24,000 nucleotides of DNA, taken from positions 4,767 through 28,766 of the forward strand of contig JBBQTN010000044.1 of NCBI GenBank assembly GCA_038213195.1, read 5' to 3'. The first letter of the stretch is position 1, and every line of letters begins with the position of its first letter. The notes below the pieces were generated by a model. It worked only from the letters and a program-made list of their open reading frames with translations, had not been told where the DNA came from and made no database searches. Shown here piece after piece: positions 7,080 through 14,573 of the stretch. The translations under genes and the position numbers were made by a program. This DNA is from Acidimicrobiales bacterium. GTDB taxonomy: Bacteria; Actinomycetota; Acidimicrobiia; Acidimicrobiales; Ilumatobacteraceae.

Positions 7080-9452
7080 ATGCCCGGCGACCCGACGTTC
7101 CGCTACCAACCGGCGCTGGACGGGGTGCGTGCCCTCGCAGTGGTGGCGGTCCTGCTGTTCCACAGCGGCATCGGCTGGATGAGCGGCGGCTACCTCGGGG
7201 TGTCGGTGTTCTTCACCCTCTCCGGGTTCCTGATCACCACGCTGCTGCTGCGCGAAGGCGACGGCACGGGTCGGGTCGACGTCGTTCGCTTCTACACACG
7301 GCGCGCCCGGCGGCTGCTCCCGGCGAGCCTTGTCTGCGTGCTCGCGGTCTGCGCCCTCGCTGCCGGCGGCCAGTTCGCGGGCGTCGCCGGGCTGCGCCGC
7401 GACGTGGTCGGGGCGCTGTTCCAGGTCTTCAACTGGGTCAAGCTCGGCAGCGGTCAGAGCTACGCCGACCTGAACAACCTCGCCGCCGGGCTGCGCCACC
7501 CGCTCGACCACTACTGGTCGCTGTCGATCGAGGAGCAGTTCTACTGGGTGTGGCCGGTGACGGTGATCGGCCTCCTGCGGCTGCGCCGGCGGTGGGCGTC
7601 GTGGACGATGCTGCGCAGCACGACCGTCCTGCTCGTGGTCTTCGGCGTGGCAGCGCCGCTGATCGCCGTCACGTGGGGAGAGAACGCGGCGTACTGGGCA
7701 ACGCCGGCGCGTGCCGCGGAGATCCTCGCCGGCGTGGTGCTGGCGTGCTGGTGCCAGCGCCGACCGACCGTGCCGGGTGCGGCGCGTTGGCTCGGACCGT
7801 CGTGCCTTGCCCTGCTCGGCGCGGCCTGCGTGCTGTTCCCCGATGGCAGTGGGCCTGCCTACCGCGGCGCGCTGCCGCTGATCGGCCTGTTGAGCGCGGG
7901 GTTGATCCTCGGGCTGCAGGTCCCGGGGCCGCTGCGCTCGATGCTGTCGACGAGGCCGCTCGTCGGCATCGGCAAGATCAGCTACGGGATCTACCTCTAC
8001 CACTGGCCGATCTACGTGTTGATCGACCGCCGCCACTGGGACGCGCCGGTCGGTGTCGTCCTGGCGATCAAAGCCGCGATCACGGTCGCCGTCGCGCTTG
8101 TCTCCTACTTCCTGATCGAGCGGCCGGTGCGCAGGTCGGTGCTCCCGCCGCGGCGGACCCTCGTGCTCGGTCTCGCCGGGATCGCCGTGGTCGGGGCGCT
8201 GGTCGTGATCGTGCCGAACCCGACCAAGTTCTACGCCGTCGATTCGGCCGCAGCCCAGCGCGCCGCGATCGACACGGCGCAGGTCGCCCCCCTCACGCCG
8301 GCATCGACCGCCGCGTCCCCTGCGACGCGTGGCGGCACGGCGGAGGGGAACGGCAACGGCGCCGGCCGTACGGCGGACGGGAACGGTGCGGGCGGTGCAG
8401 TGGACGCGGGCGGTGCGGGCGGCGCATCCGGTGGTGGTGCGCCCGTCGTGAGTGCACCTCCACGCGGGCTCGGCGCGCCAACCGGCGCCGGTGGGGCAAC
8501 CGCGGTTCCGACCTCGGCGTCGCCGCCGGGTGTGGCCCCGGCATCCGCCGCGGCGGGCGCAGGGCCGACTGGCGGGTCGCCGCCGGGCGGCTCGGTCCCG
8601 CCGGTCGGACCTGGCGCCGCGCCGGCCGGCGGCGCTCCCGCCGCATCGACGTCCACCGGCTCGCCCCCCGGGACGTCGCCCCTCTCGCTCCCGACCGCGT
8701 CGGGCGGTGGGGTGTCGGGTCCGGGTTCGGCGGCGGGGGAGGCCCCCTCGACCGTGCCCGTGCCGCCACGACCGGTGCGAATCCTGGTTGCCGGCGACTC
8801 GACCGCCGAGGCGACGGGCAACGGGCTGATCTCGTGGGCCGCAGCGAACCCGGCGCTGGCCAAGGTCTCGCTGTCAGTGCGCGAGGGCTGCGGCTTCGTC
8901 GGCGGCGGCTACATACCCTACGGCGCCTCGGGCGATCGGGACGTCGATCGCGAGTGCGCGCAGTGGTTGACGGTCGACCTGCCGGCGACGGTGAAGAAGC
9001 TCCGCCCGGATGTCGTGGTGATGCTCACGACGTCGTGGGACGTGCTCGACCGCAAGTTGGCCCACCACGGCGATCCTGCGCTCCCGGTGACGGATCCGGC
9101 GGTGCGCGCCGTCGTCGACGCGGCGATGTCCGCCGTCACCAACCGCATGCTCGCCGACGGAGCCAGCCGCGTCGTGTGGCTGCGCGAGCCCATCGCCGAT
9201 CCGTACTGGCTGCACCTCACCGGCGGCCAGCGCGACCCGGCCAACCATCAGGTGCTGTACGACGAGATGGCCGGGCTGGCGACGACGAACCCGGCCGTGC
9301 GCGTGGTCGACCTCGCCGGCTACGTCGACGGTGCAGGCTTGGCCACCGATGCAGCGGCGCGTCCCGACGGCGTGCACTGGACACCCGACCACGCGAAGGC
9401 GATCGCCACCGAGTTCCTCGGCCCCGCGATCGTCGAGGAGGCACTGACGTGA
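7080..9452 (+). CDS. Membrane O-acyltransferase, acyltransferase_3 (OafA/OatA/YrhL-like) domain fused through a long Pro/Ala/Gly linker to a C-terminal SGNH domain
   Basis: The AT3 signature is FRYQPALDGVRALAVVAVLLFHSG...GYLGVSVFFTLSGFLIT, followed by about 11 hydrophobic segments including ISYGIYLYHWPIYV. The low-complexity linker spans about nt 8270-8770. SGNH block I is RILVAGDSTAEATG and block V is RPDGVHWTPDHA. The frame is open from 6852, but GC3 drops upstream of 7080. ATG 7080 lies 12 aa before the LDGVR motif. TACGAT at 7065-7070 could be a -10 element for a near-leaderless mRNA. Alternative ATG starts are at 6966 and 6996. Confidence 0.85.
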   Translation: MPGDPTFRYQPALDGVRALAVVAVLLFHSGIGWMSGGYLGVSVFFTLSGFLITTLLLREGDGTGRVDVVRFYTRRARRLLPASLVCVLAVCALAAGGQFAGVAGLRRDVVGALFQVFNWVKLGSGQSYADLNNLAAGLRHPLDHYWSLSIEEQFYWVWPVTVIGLLRLRRRWASWTMLRSTTVLLVVFGVAAPLIAVTWGENAAYWATPARAAEILAGVVLACWCQRRPTVPGAARWLGPSCLALLGAACVLFPDGSGPAYRGALPLIGLLSAGLILGLQVPGPLRSMLSTRPLVGIGKISYGIYLYHWPIYVLIDRRHWDAPVGVVLAIKAAITVAVALVSYFLIERPVRRSVLPPRRTLVLGLAGIAVVGALVVIVPNPTKFYAVDSAAAQRAAIDTAQVAPLTPASTAASPATRGGTAEGNGNGAGRTADGNGAGGAVDAGGAGGASGGGAPVVSAPPRGLGAPTGAGGATAVPTSASPPGVAPASAAAGAGPTGGSPPGGSVPPVGPGAAPAGGAPAASTSTGSPPGTSPLSLPTASGGGVSGPGSAAGEAPSTVPVPPRPVRILVAGDSTAEATGNGLISWAAANPALAKVSLSVREGCGFVGGGYIPYGASGDRDVDRECAQWLTVDLPATVKKLRPDVVVMLTTSWDVLDRKLAHHGDPALPVTDPAVRAVVDAAMSAVTNRMLADGASRVVWLREPIADPYWLHLTGGQRDPANHQVLYDEMAGLATTNPAVRVVDLAGYVDGAGLATDAAARPDGVHWTPDHAKAIATEFLGPAIVEEALT

Positions 9453-9940
9453 TCCGCGCCTACACAGACGGCGCTTGCCGCGGCAATCCCGGCCCCGGCG
9501 GATGGGCGTGGGCGGTCGCGCCCGATGGCGCGCCCGCCGGCTTCGGTGGCGAGGCCCGCTCCACCAATCAGCGGATGGAGATCCGCGCCGCGCTGGAGGC
9601 GATGCGCGCCCTGTCAGGACCGCTGGTCGTCGTCAGCGACTCGACGTACGTCGTCAACTGCATCCGCCAGCGGTGGTACGCGAACTGGCTGAAGAACGGC
9701 TGGCGCAACTCACAGAAGAAGCCGGTCGCGAACGTCGACCTGTGGCAGCCGTTCATCGACCTGTACCTGACCCGGAGCGGCGAGATCGGGTTCGAGTGGG
9801 TCAAGGGCCACGCCGGCGACCCGATGAACGAACTGGTCGACCGCCTCGCCGTCGCGGCGAGCCTCGGTCCGTTCGATCCCGCCTCGACGGCGCCTGCGAC
9901 ACGCCCGCCGGCGGCGCCGTCGACCCTGTTCGACGAGTGA
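9449..9940 (+). CDS. rnhA: Ribonuclease HI
   Basis: VIRAYTDGACRGNPGPGGWAWAV...STNQRMEIRAALEAM...VVSDSTYV...KKPVANVDLWQ...WVKGHAGDPMNELVDRLA. The DEDD catalytic residues and the basic protrusion are recognisable against E. coli RNase HI. The GTG start at 9449 overlaps the upstream TGA (9450-9452) as GTGA. These are the last 164 codons of the spurious 6305..9940 track ORF. Confidence 0.9.
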   Translation: MIRAYTDGACRGNPGPGGWAWAVAPDGAPAGFGGEARSTNQRMEIRAALEAMRALSGPLVVVSDSTYVVNCIRQRWYANWLKNGWRNSQKKPVANVDLWQPFIDLYLTRSGEIGFEWVKGHAGDPMNELVDRLAVAASLGPFDPASTAPATRPPAAPSTLFDE

Positions 9941-9996
9941 GCGCACGCGACGTGCAGTTGCGCCGGGCTCGGCGTTGCTGCCTAACGTCGACGGTC

Positions 9997-10773
9997 ATGG
10001 ACATCACAGGTGCAAGCGCAATCGTCACGGGCGGGGCGTCGGGGATCGGCGCCGCATCGGCCCGCCTGCTCGCCAAACGCGGCGCGAAGGTCGTCGTCGC
10101 CGACCTGCAGGAGGACAAGGGCAAGGCGCTCGCCGACGAGATCGGCGGGGCGTTCTGCAAGGTCGACGTGACGAACACCGACGACATCATCAACGCCGTC
10201 GAGATGGCCAAGAGCATCGGTCCGGTGCGGGTGCTGGTCAACTCGGCTGGCATCGGCTGGGCGCAGCGCACCGTCGGCAAGGACGGCAACTACGACTCCG
10301 CCGCGAACCTCGAACGCTTCAAGCGGGTGATCGGGATCAACCTGATCGGCACCTTCGACTGCATCCGCCTCGTCGCCACGGCGATGAGCATCGCCGAGCC
10401 GCTCGAGTTCGGCGAGCGGGGGGCGATCGTCAACATCGCCTCCGTGGCCGCGTTCGACGGGCAGATCGGCCAGGCGGCCTACTCGGCGTCGAAGGGCGGT
10501 GTGGTCGGGATGACCCTGCCGGTGGCACGCGACCTCGCCGCGATCGGGGTGCGCGTGAACACAGTCGCCCCCGGCCTGATCGACACCCCGATCTACGGCG
10601 AGGGTGAGAACAGCGAGGCGTTCAAGGCCAACCTACAGAAGGGTGTGCTGTTCCCGCAGCGCCTCGGCTCGCAGGAGGAGCTGGCGTCGATGGTCGTCGA
10701 GTGCATCACCAACAGCTACATGAACGCCGAGACGATCCGCGTCGACGGCGGCATCCGCATGCCCCCGAAGTGA
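9997..10773 (+). CDS. Classical SDR oxidoreductase, 3-hydroxyacyl-CoA dehydrogenase type-2 (HSD10)-like
   Basis: MDITGASAIVTGGASGIGAASA (TGxxxGIG), NSAGIG, and a catalytic YSASKGG after IASVAAF. The ATG at 9997 lies inside track ORF 9475..10773, whose upstream part is Arg-rich junk. Confidence 0.9.
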   Translation: MDITGASAIVTGGASGIGAASARLLAKRGAKVVVADLQEDKGKALADEIGGAFCKVDVTNTDDIINAVEMAKSIGPVRVLVNSAGIGWAQRTVGKDGNYDSAANLERFKRVIGINLIGTFDCIRLVATAMSIAEPLEFGERGAIVNIASVAAFDGQIGQAAYSASKGGVVGMTLPVARDLAAIGVRVNTVAPGLIDTPIYGEGENSEAFKANLQKGVLFPQRLGSQEELASMVVECITNSYMNAETIRVDGGIRMPPK

Positions 10774-10822
10774 CGGCGACGCACCCGGTCGGCGGTCCCC
10801 TCGTGGTCCGTAGCCTGACGGG

Positions 10823-11104
10823 ATGAGAGCAATCTGGAATGGGACCGTCGTCGCCGAGAGTGCCGACACCGTCGTCGTCGAGGGCAACCACTACTTCCCG
10901 GCCGATTCCGTGAAGCGCGAGTACTTCGTGGATTCCAAGACGCACACGCTGTGCCCGTGGAAGGGCACGGCGAGCTATCGCAGCATCACCGTCAACGGTC
11001 AGACGAACTCCGACGCGGCCTGGTACTACCCAAGCCCGAAGGATGCGGCCGAGAAGATCAAGGATCGGGTCGCCTTCTGGAAGGGCGTGCGGGTCACCGC
11101 CTGA
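10823..11104 (+). CDS. DUF427 domain protein
   Basis: The 93-aa sequence WNGTVVAESADTVVVEGNHYFPADSV...CPWKGTASYRSITVNG...AAWYYPSP...VAFWKGV matches my memory of the DUF427 signature. Confidence 0.8.
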   Translation: MRAIWNGTVVAESADTVVVEGNHYFPADSVKREYFVDSKTHTLCPWKGTASYRSITVNGQTNSDAAWYYPSPKDAAEKIKDRVAFWKGVRVTA

Positions 11105-11110
11105 CCCGAG

Positions 11111-11155
11111 CGTGGGCGCGCCGTGTGCCCGCGTGTGGCACAGATCGCGCCCACC
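11111..11155. repeat. Copy 1 of a 45-nt GC-rich palindromic element. It is a candidate bidirectional terminator or REP-like element.
   Basis: cGTGGGCGCGccgtgtgcccgcgtgtggcacagatCGCGCCCACc. The outer stem is 9 bp (11112-11120 with 11146-11154). The inner stem is 6 bp, tgtgcc/ggcaca. It lies between the convergent DUF427 and argJ-like genes. Confidence 0.7.
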
Positions 11156-11172
11156 TGATCGTGATCGGCGTA

Positions 11173-11217
11173 CGTGGGCGCGCCGTGAGCCGGCGTGCGG
11201 CACAGATCGCGCCCACC
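11173..11217. repeat. Copy 2 of the 45-nt palindromic element (42/45 identical to copy 1)
   Basis: cGTGGGCGCGccgtgagccggcgtgcggcacagatCGCGCCCACc. The outer 9-bp stem is identical to copy 1. There are three substitutions: two in the loop and one in the inner stem. The start-to-start distance is 62 nt. The spacer contains tgatcgtgatcg. Confidence 0.7.
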
Positions 11218-11251
11218 CCGTGGCTCGACCCGCCGCGGCATCTGGGCTGGG

Positions 11252-12412
11252 TCAGGTCGTGTAGTCGGCGTTGATCCGGACGTAACCGTCGCTGAGGTCG
11301 CAGCCCCACACGGTGGCCTGCGCCTCGCCGGCGGCGAGGGACACGTGGATCCGCACCTCGTCGCCGCGCATGTACCCGGCGAGCGCCTCCAGACCGGCGT
11401 CGTCGACAGGTGCCGGGTAGACCTCCTGGTGGCCGAAGCGGATCACCACCAGTGCCTGGTCGACCTCGTCCGCCGTGGTCGCCTTGCCGACGGCCATCGC
11501 CACCCGGCCCCAGTTCGGGTCGGCACCGTGGACCGCCGTCTTCACCAGCGGTGAGTTGACGATCGCCTTGGCCACACGCTTGGCCTGGGCGACCGACGCC
11601 GCCTGGTCGACGCACACCTCGAGCAACGTAGTGGCGCCCTCGCCGTCGCGGGCGACCTGCTTGGTCAGCGATTCGGCGACGTCGTACAAGGCCCGCGCGA
11701 ACGAGTCCTCGTCGACCTCGCCCGCCCGGCCACTGGCCATCACGATCGCGGTGTCGCTGGTAGAGGTGTCGGTGTCGACCGACACGCAGTTGAACGTGCG
11801 GTCGATCACGGCGCGGAACACGGCGTCGAGCCGATCCCCCGCGATGGCCGCGTCGGTGAAGAACAGGGTGATCAAGGTCGCCATGTCCGGCTCGATCATC
11901 CCCACGCCCTTGGCGACCCCGACGACCCGGGCCGACGACCCCTCGACCACGGCCCCGGCGACCTTCATCACCGTGTCCGTGGTCATCATCGCCCCGGCAA
12001 CGGTGTCGGCGTCGAGCACGGTCAGCGGCGTGTCGATGGCGGCGATGCCGGCGCGCACCCGGTCCATCGGGTACTGCCGCCCGATCACGCCGGTCGAAGC
12101 CACGAGCACCTGCTGCGCAGGACAGCCGAGGCGCGTCGCAACCCCTGACACGAGCTCCTCGGCGTTGGCGAGCCCGATCGGACCTGTGGCGACGTTGGCG
12201 TTCTTGGAGATCACCACCACCGCCCGCGCGCAGCCGGCGCGCAGGTTGCGCCGGCTGACCAGGACGCTGGGCCCGGCGAACGAGCTGCGGGTGAACACCG
12301 CGGCCACCGGGCACGGCTGATCCGTGGCGACGACCACGAAGTCGGCGCTGTCGTCCTTGATGCCGATGCTGGCGACGTGCGCGCCGAAACCCTGGGGGAG
12401 CGGGACTGCCAT
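11252..12412 (-). CDS. argJ: ArgJ-family protein (glutamate N-acetyltransferase / ornithine acetyltransferase fold). It stands alone, with no argC, argB or argD in this window.
   Basis: The 386-aa sequence includes FTRSSFAGPSV, ASTGVIGRQYPMD, MMTTDT and GVGMIEPDMATLITLFFTDAAI, which holds the autoproteolytic A|T site and catalytic Thr. It also has GADPNWGRVAMAVG and a C-terminal GYVRINADYTT. This pattern matches ArgJ as I recall it from M. tuberculosis. Confidence 0.85.
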   Translation of the reverse strand: MAVPLPQGFGAHVASIGIKDDSADFVVVATDQPCPVAAVFTRSSFAGPSVLVSRRNLRAGCARAVVVISKNANVATGPIGLANAEELVSGVATRLGCPAQQVLVASTGVIGRQYPMDRVRAGIAAIDTPLTVLDADTVAGAMMTTDTVMKVAGAVVEGSSARVVGVAKGVGMIEPDMATLITLFFTDAAIAGDRLDAVFRAVIDRTFNCVSVDTDTSTSDTAIVMASGRAGEVDEDSFARALYDVAESLTKQVARDGEGATTLLEVCVDQAASVAQAKRVAKAIVNSPLVKTAVHGADPNWGRVAMAVGKATTADEVDQALVVIRFGHQEVYPAPVDDAGLEALAGYMRGDEVRIHVSLAAGEAQATVWGCDLSDGYVRINADYTT

Positions 12413-12413
12413 G

Positions 12414-12875
12414 TCAGACAGTCTCGGCCACGAACTGGGCGCGCACCGCCTCGAAGATGTCGCCGAGCTCGCCGACCTGCGCCGGATCGAGCGGGGCGAG
12501 CAGGTGACGGCGGACGCTGGCGACGTGGTCGGGTGCAGCGCGCACCAGCAGATCGTGGCCGTCGTCGGTGAGGTGGGCGTGCATCACCCGGCGGTCCGAT
12601 GGGCAGGAACGTCGTTCGACAAGCCCGTGGCGGACGAGTCCGTCGAGCCGGCGGGTGAGTCCGCTCGGGGAGAGGCGTAGCGCCTCGGCGAGATCGCACA
12701 TCCGCATCTGCCGGTCCGGCGCGTCGGACAGGTGGACGAGCACCTCGTAGTCGCCGAGGGACAGTCCGTGCGGCTCGAGGTCGCGGCCGAGAGCATCCAT
12801 CAACGGCCCGAGGGCACTGATGAAGTTCCACCAGGCCTTCATTTCCTGTTCCGTCAACCACCGACCACCAGCCAT
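12414..12875 (-). CDS. MarR-family transcriptional regulator
   Basis: MAGGRWLTEQEMKAWWNFISALGPLMDALGRDLEPHGLSLGDYEVLVHLSDAPDRQMRMCDLAEALRLSPSGLTRRLDGLVRHGLVERRSCPSDRRV is a winged HTH ending in the DRR wing. These are the C-terminal 153 codons of track ORF 12414..13382. An alternative ATG lies at 12887. The stop (12416-12414) is 1 nt from the argJ ATG (12412). Confidence 0.85.
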   Translation of the reverse strand: MAGGRWLTEQEMKAWWNFISALGPLMDALGRDLEPHGLSLGDYEVLVHLSDAPDRQMRMCDLAEALRLSPSGLTRRLDGLVRHGLVERRSCPSDRRVMHAHLTDDGHDLLVRAAPDHVASVRRHLLAPLDPAQVGELGDIFEAVRAQFVAETV

Positions 12876-12980
12876 GGCGCCCAGCATAGCGTGCGCGCGG
12901 CAAAGGTTGCGATTGCAAGTACATCGTGGTACAACGGTTGTGCGCGCAAGGACGCGCGGCACCCAAGGAGATCGATCAAC

Positions 12981-13523
12981 ATGGCAGACCTCAGCAAGCT
13001 CACCCCCGGCACCTGGACGGTGGATGCGAGCCACTCGACCATCGGGTTCGTCGCCCGTCACCTCGTCGTGGCCAAGACCCGCGGCCGCTTCGGCACGTTC
13101 GAGGGCACGATCACCATCGCCGAGGACCCACTGCAGTCCAGGGTCGAGGCAAGCGCCGACACCACATCGGTGAACACCAACGACGACAACCGTGACAACC
13201 ACCTCCGCACCGGCGACTTCTTCGAGGCGGAGACCTACCCGAAGATGACCTTCGTCAGCACCAGCATCGAGCCGGACGGCAGCGACTACAAGCTCAACGG
13301 CGACCTGACGATCAAGGGCGTGACCAAGCCGGTCACCTTCGATCTCGAGTTCGAGGGTGTCGTCGACGATCCGTGGGGTCACACCAAGGCCGGGTTCACC
13401 GCCGAGACGGAGATCAACCGCAAGGACTGGGGCCTGGACTACAACGCCGTGCTCGAAGCCGGCGGCGTGCTGATCGGCGAGAAGGTCAAGCTGACCCTCG
13501 AGATCGAGGCGTTGAAGAACTGA
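12981..13523 (+). CDS. YceI-family (polyisoprenoid-binding, lipocalin-like) protein
   Basis: MADLSKLTPGTWTVDASHSTIGFVARHLVVAKTRGRFGTFEGTI...DNRDNHLRTGDFFEAETYPKMTF...GDLTIKGVTKPV...INRKDWGL. AAGGAG at 12965-12970 lies 10 nt upstream of the ATG at 12981. Confidence 0.9.
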   Translation: MADLSKLTPGTWTVDASHSTIGFVARHLVVAKTRGRFGTFEGTITIAEDPLQSRVEASADTTSVNTNDDNRDNHLRTGDFFEAETYPKMTFVSTSIEPDGSDYKLNGDLTIKGVTKPVTFDLEFEGVVDDPWGHTKAGFTAETEINRKDWGLDYNAVLEAGGVLIGEKVKLTLEIEALKN

Positions 13524-13534
13524 CGCTCAGGACG

Positions 13535-13568
13535 GCGCGCCAGCGGCGCGCAGACGCGGACGTCTGCG
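13535..13568. terminator. Two overlapping GC-rich hairpins between convergent genes; candidate bidirectional intrinsic terminator without a U-tract
   Basis: GCGCGCC-agc-GGCGCGC (13535-13551) and CGCAGACG-cgga-CGTCTGCG (13549-13568). The second hairpin abuts the epimerase stop codon at 13569-13571. Confidence 0.4.
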
Positions 13569-14459
13569 TCAGGCCAGCAGCTCACCGAGCGCACCTGCCA
13601 ACTGCGGGTGCGCGAAGGTGTAGCCGCTGGCCTGCAGCACGCTCGGGATCACCCGCTGGCCGGTCATCAGCAGCGCGTCGACCAGCTCGCCACCGAGCAC
13701 GAGCTTCGGCGCGAACCCCGGGATCGGCAGCACGGCCGGCCGGTGCACGGTCTTCGCCAGCGTCTTGGTGAACTGGGCGTTCGTCACCGGGTTCGGGGTC
13801 GTCAGGTTGCAGGCGCCGTCGACGCTCGCGCCGAGCAGGTGCACGATCGCCCCGACCTCGTCGTCGAGGGAGATCCAGCTCTGCCACTGGCGCCCCGAGC
13901 CGAACCTGCCCCCGAGGCCCAGCTTGAACAGCGGCAGCATCTTCTTCAACGCTCCCCCTTGCGGGGTGAGCACGATCCCCGTGCGGATCGTGGCGACGCG
14001 CACGCCGTGCTCGCGGGCGCGACCTGCCGCCGCCTCCCACTCGACGCACAGCCGTGCCAGGAACGTGTCGCCCGGCGCGGCGTGCTCGTCGAGCTGCTCG
14101 TCGCCACGCGGGCCGTAGTACCCAACGGCGGAGCCGGAGACCAGCACGGCCGGCTTCGTGCGCACCGACGCGATCGCCTCGACCAGCAGCTTGGTCGCGT
14201 CGAGCCGGCTGTCGCCGAGCGTCTGCTTGTACTCGTCGGTCCAGCGGTGGTCGTTGATCCCGGCGCCGGCCAGGTTGACCACGGCGTCCACCCCGTCGAG
14301 GGCACCGGCGGCCAACGACGCGGCCGCAGGGTCCCAGCTGATCTCACCGGCGCGCGCCTGTCGGCGCACGAGCGCCGTCACCGTGTGGCCGTCGCGGCGC
14401 AGCCGTTCGGTCAACGCAGTGCCGATCAGCCCACTCGCTCCGGAGATGAGGACGTGCAT
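13569..14459 (-). CDS. YfcH/TIGR01777-type NAD-dependent epimerase-family protein (SDR39U1-like, with a DUF1731 C-terminus)
   Basis: MHVLISGASGLIGTALTERLRRDGHTVTALVRR is a Rossmann GxxGxxG motif. It also has ISWDP and SGSAVGYYG. The C-terminal QRVIPSVLQASGYTFAHPQLAGALGELL is typical of the DUF1731 tail. Confidence 0.85.
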   Translation of the reverse strand: MHVLISGASGLIGTALTERLRRDGHTVTALVRRQARAGEISWDPAAASLAAGALDGVDAVVNLAGAGINDHRWTDEYKQTLGDSRLDATKLLVEAIASVRTKPAVLVSGSAVGYYGPRGDEQLDEHAAPGDTFLARLCVEWEAAAGRAREHGVRVATIRTGIVLTPQGGALKKMLPLFKLGLGGRFGSGRQWQSWISLDDEVGAIVHLLGASVDGACNLTTPNPVTNAQFTKTLAKTVHRPAVLPIPGFAPKLVLGGELVDALLMTGQRVIPSVLQASGYTFAHPQLAGALGELLA

Positions 14460-14573
14460 GCACCTGAGGGTATGTCACGCGAACCCCGCCGGGAACCGGC
14501 AGGCGGCGACTAACGTCCTACCTGTCCAATGGCGGGACACCCCCGTTGATCAGCTTGTGGAGGGATCAGCCGC

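Noticed and set aside
6305-9940. 1211-aa plus-strand ORF, the longest in the track
   Set aside because: Only its last 164 codons (9449-9940, RNase HI) look like protein. The rest is Arg/Pro/Gly junk running out of frame through the SGNH gene (opposite strand) and the acyltransferase (+1 frame).
12876-12980. Candidate MarR operator palindromes in the marR-yceI intergenic region (TTGCAA, GTAC..GTAC, GTGCGCGC direct repeats)
   Set aside because: None forms a convincing extended inverted repeat. The best, gtacatcgtggtac, is only 10/14 self-complementary. I report the region only as a probable control region, not as a defined site.
12876-13382. N-terminal extension of the 322-aa ORF 12414..13382 (minus strand)
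   Set aside because: The MarR domain begins at the ATG at 12875. The extension is antisense to yceI and crosses the AT-richer promoter region.
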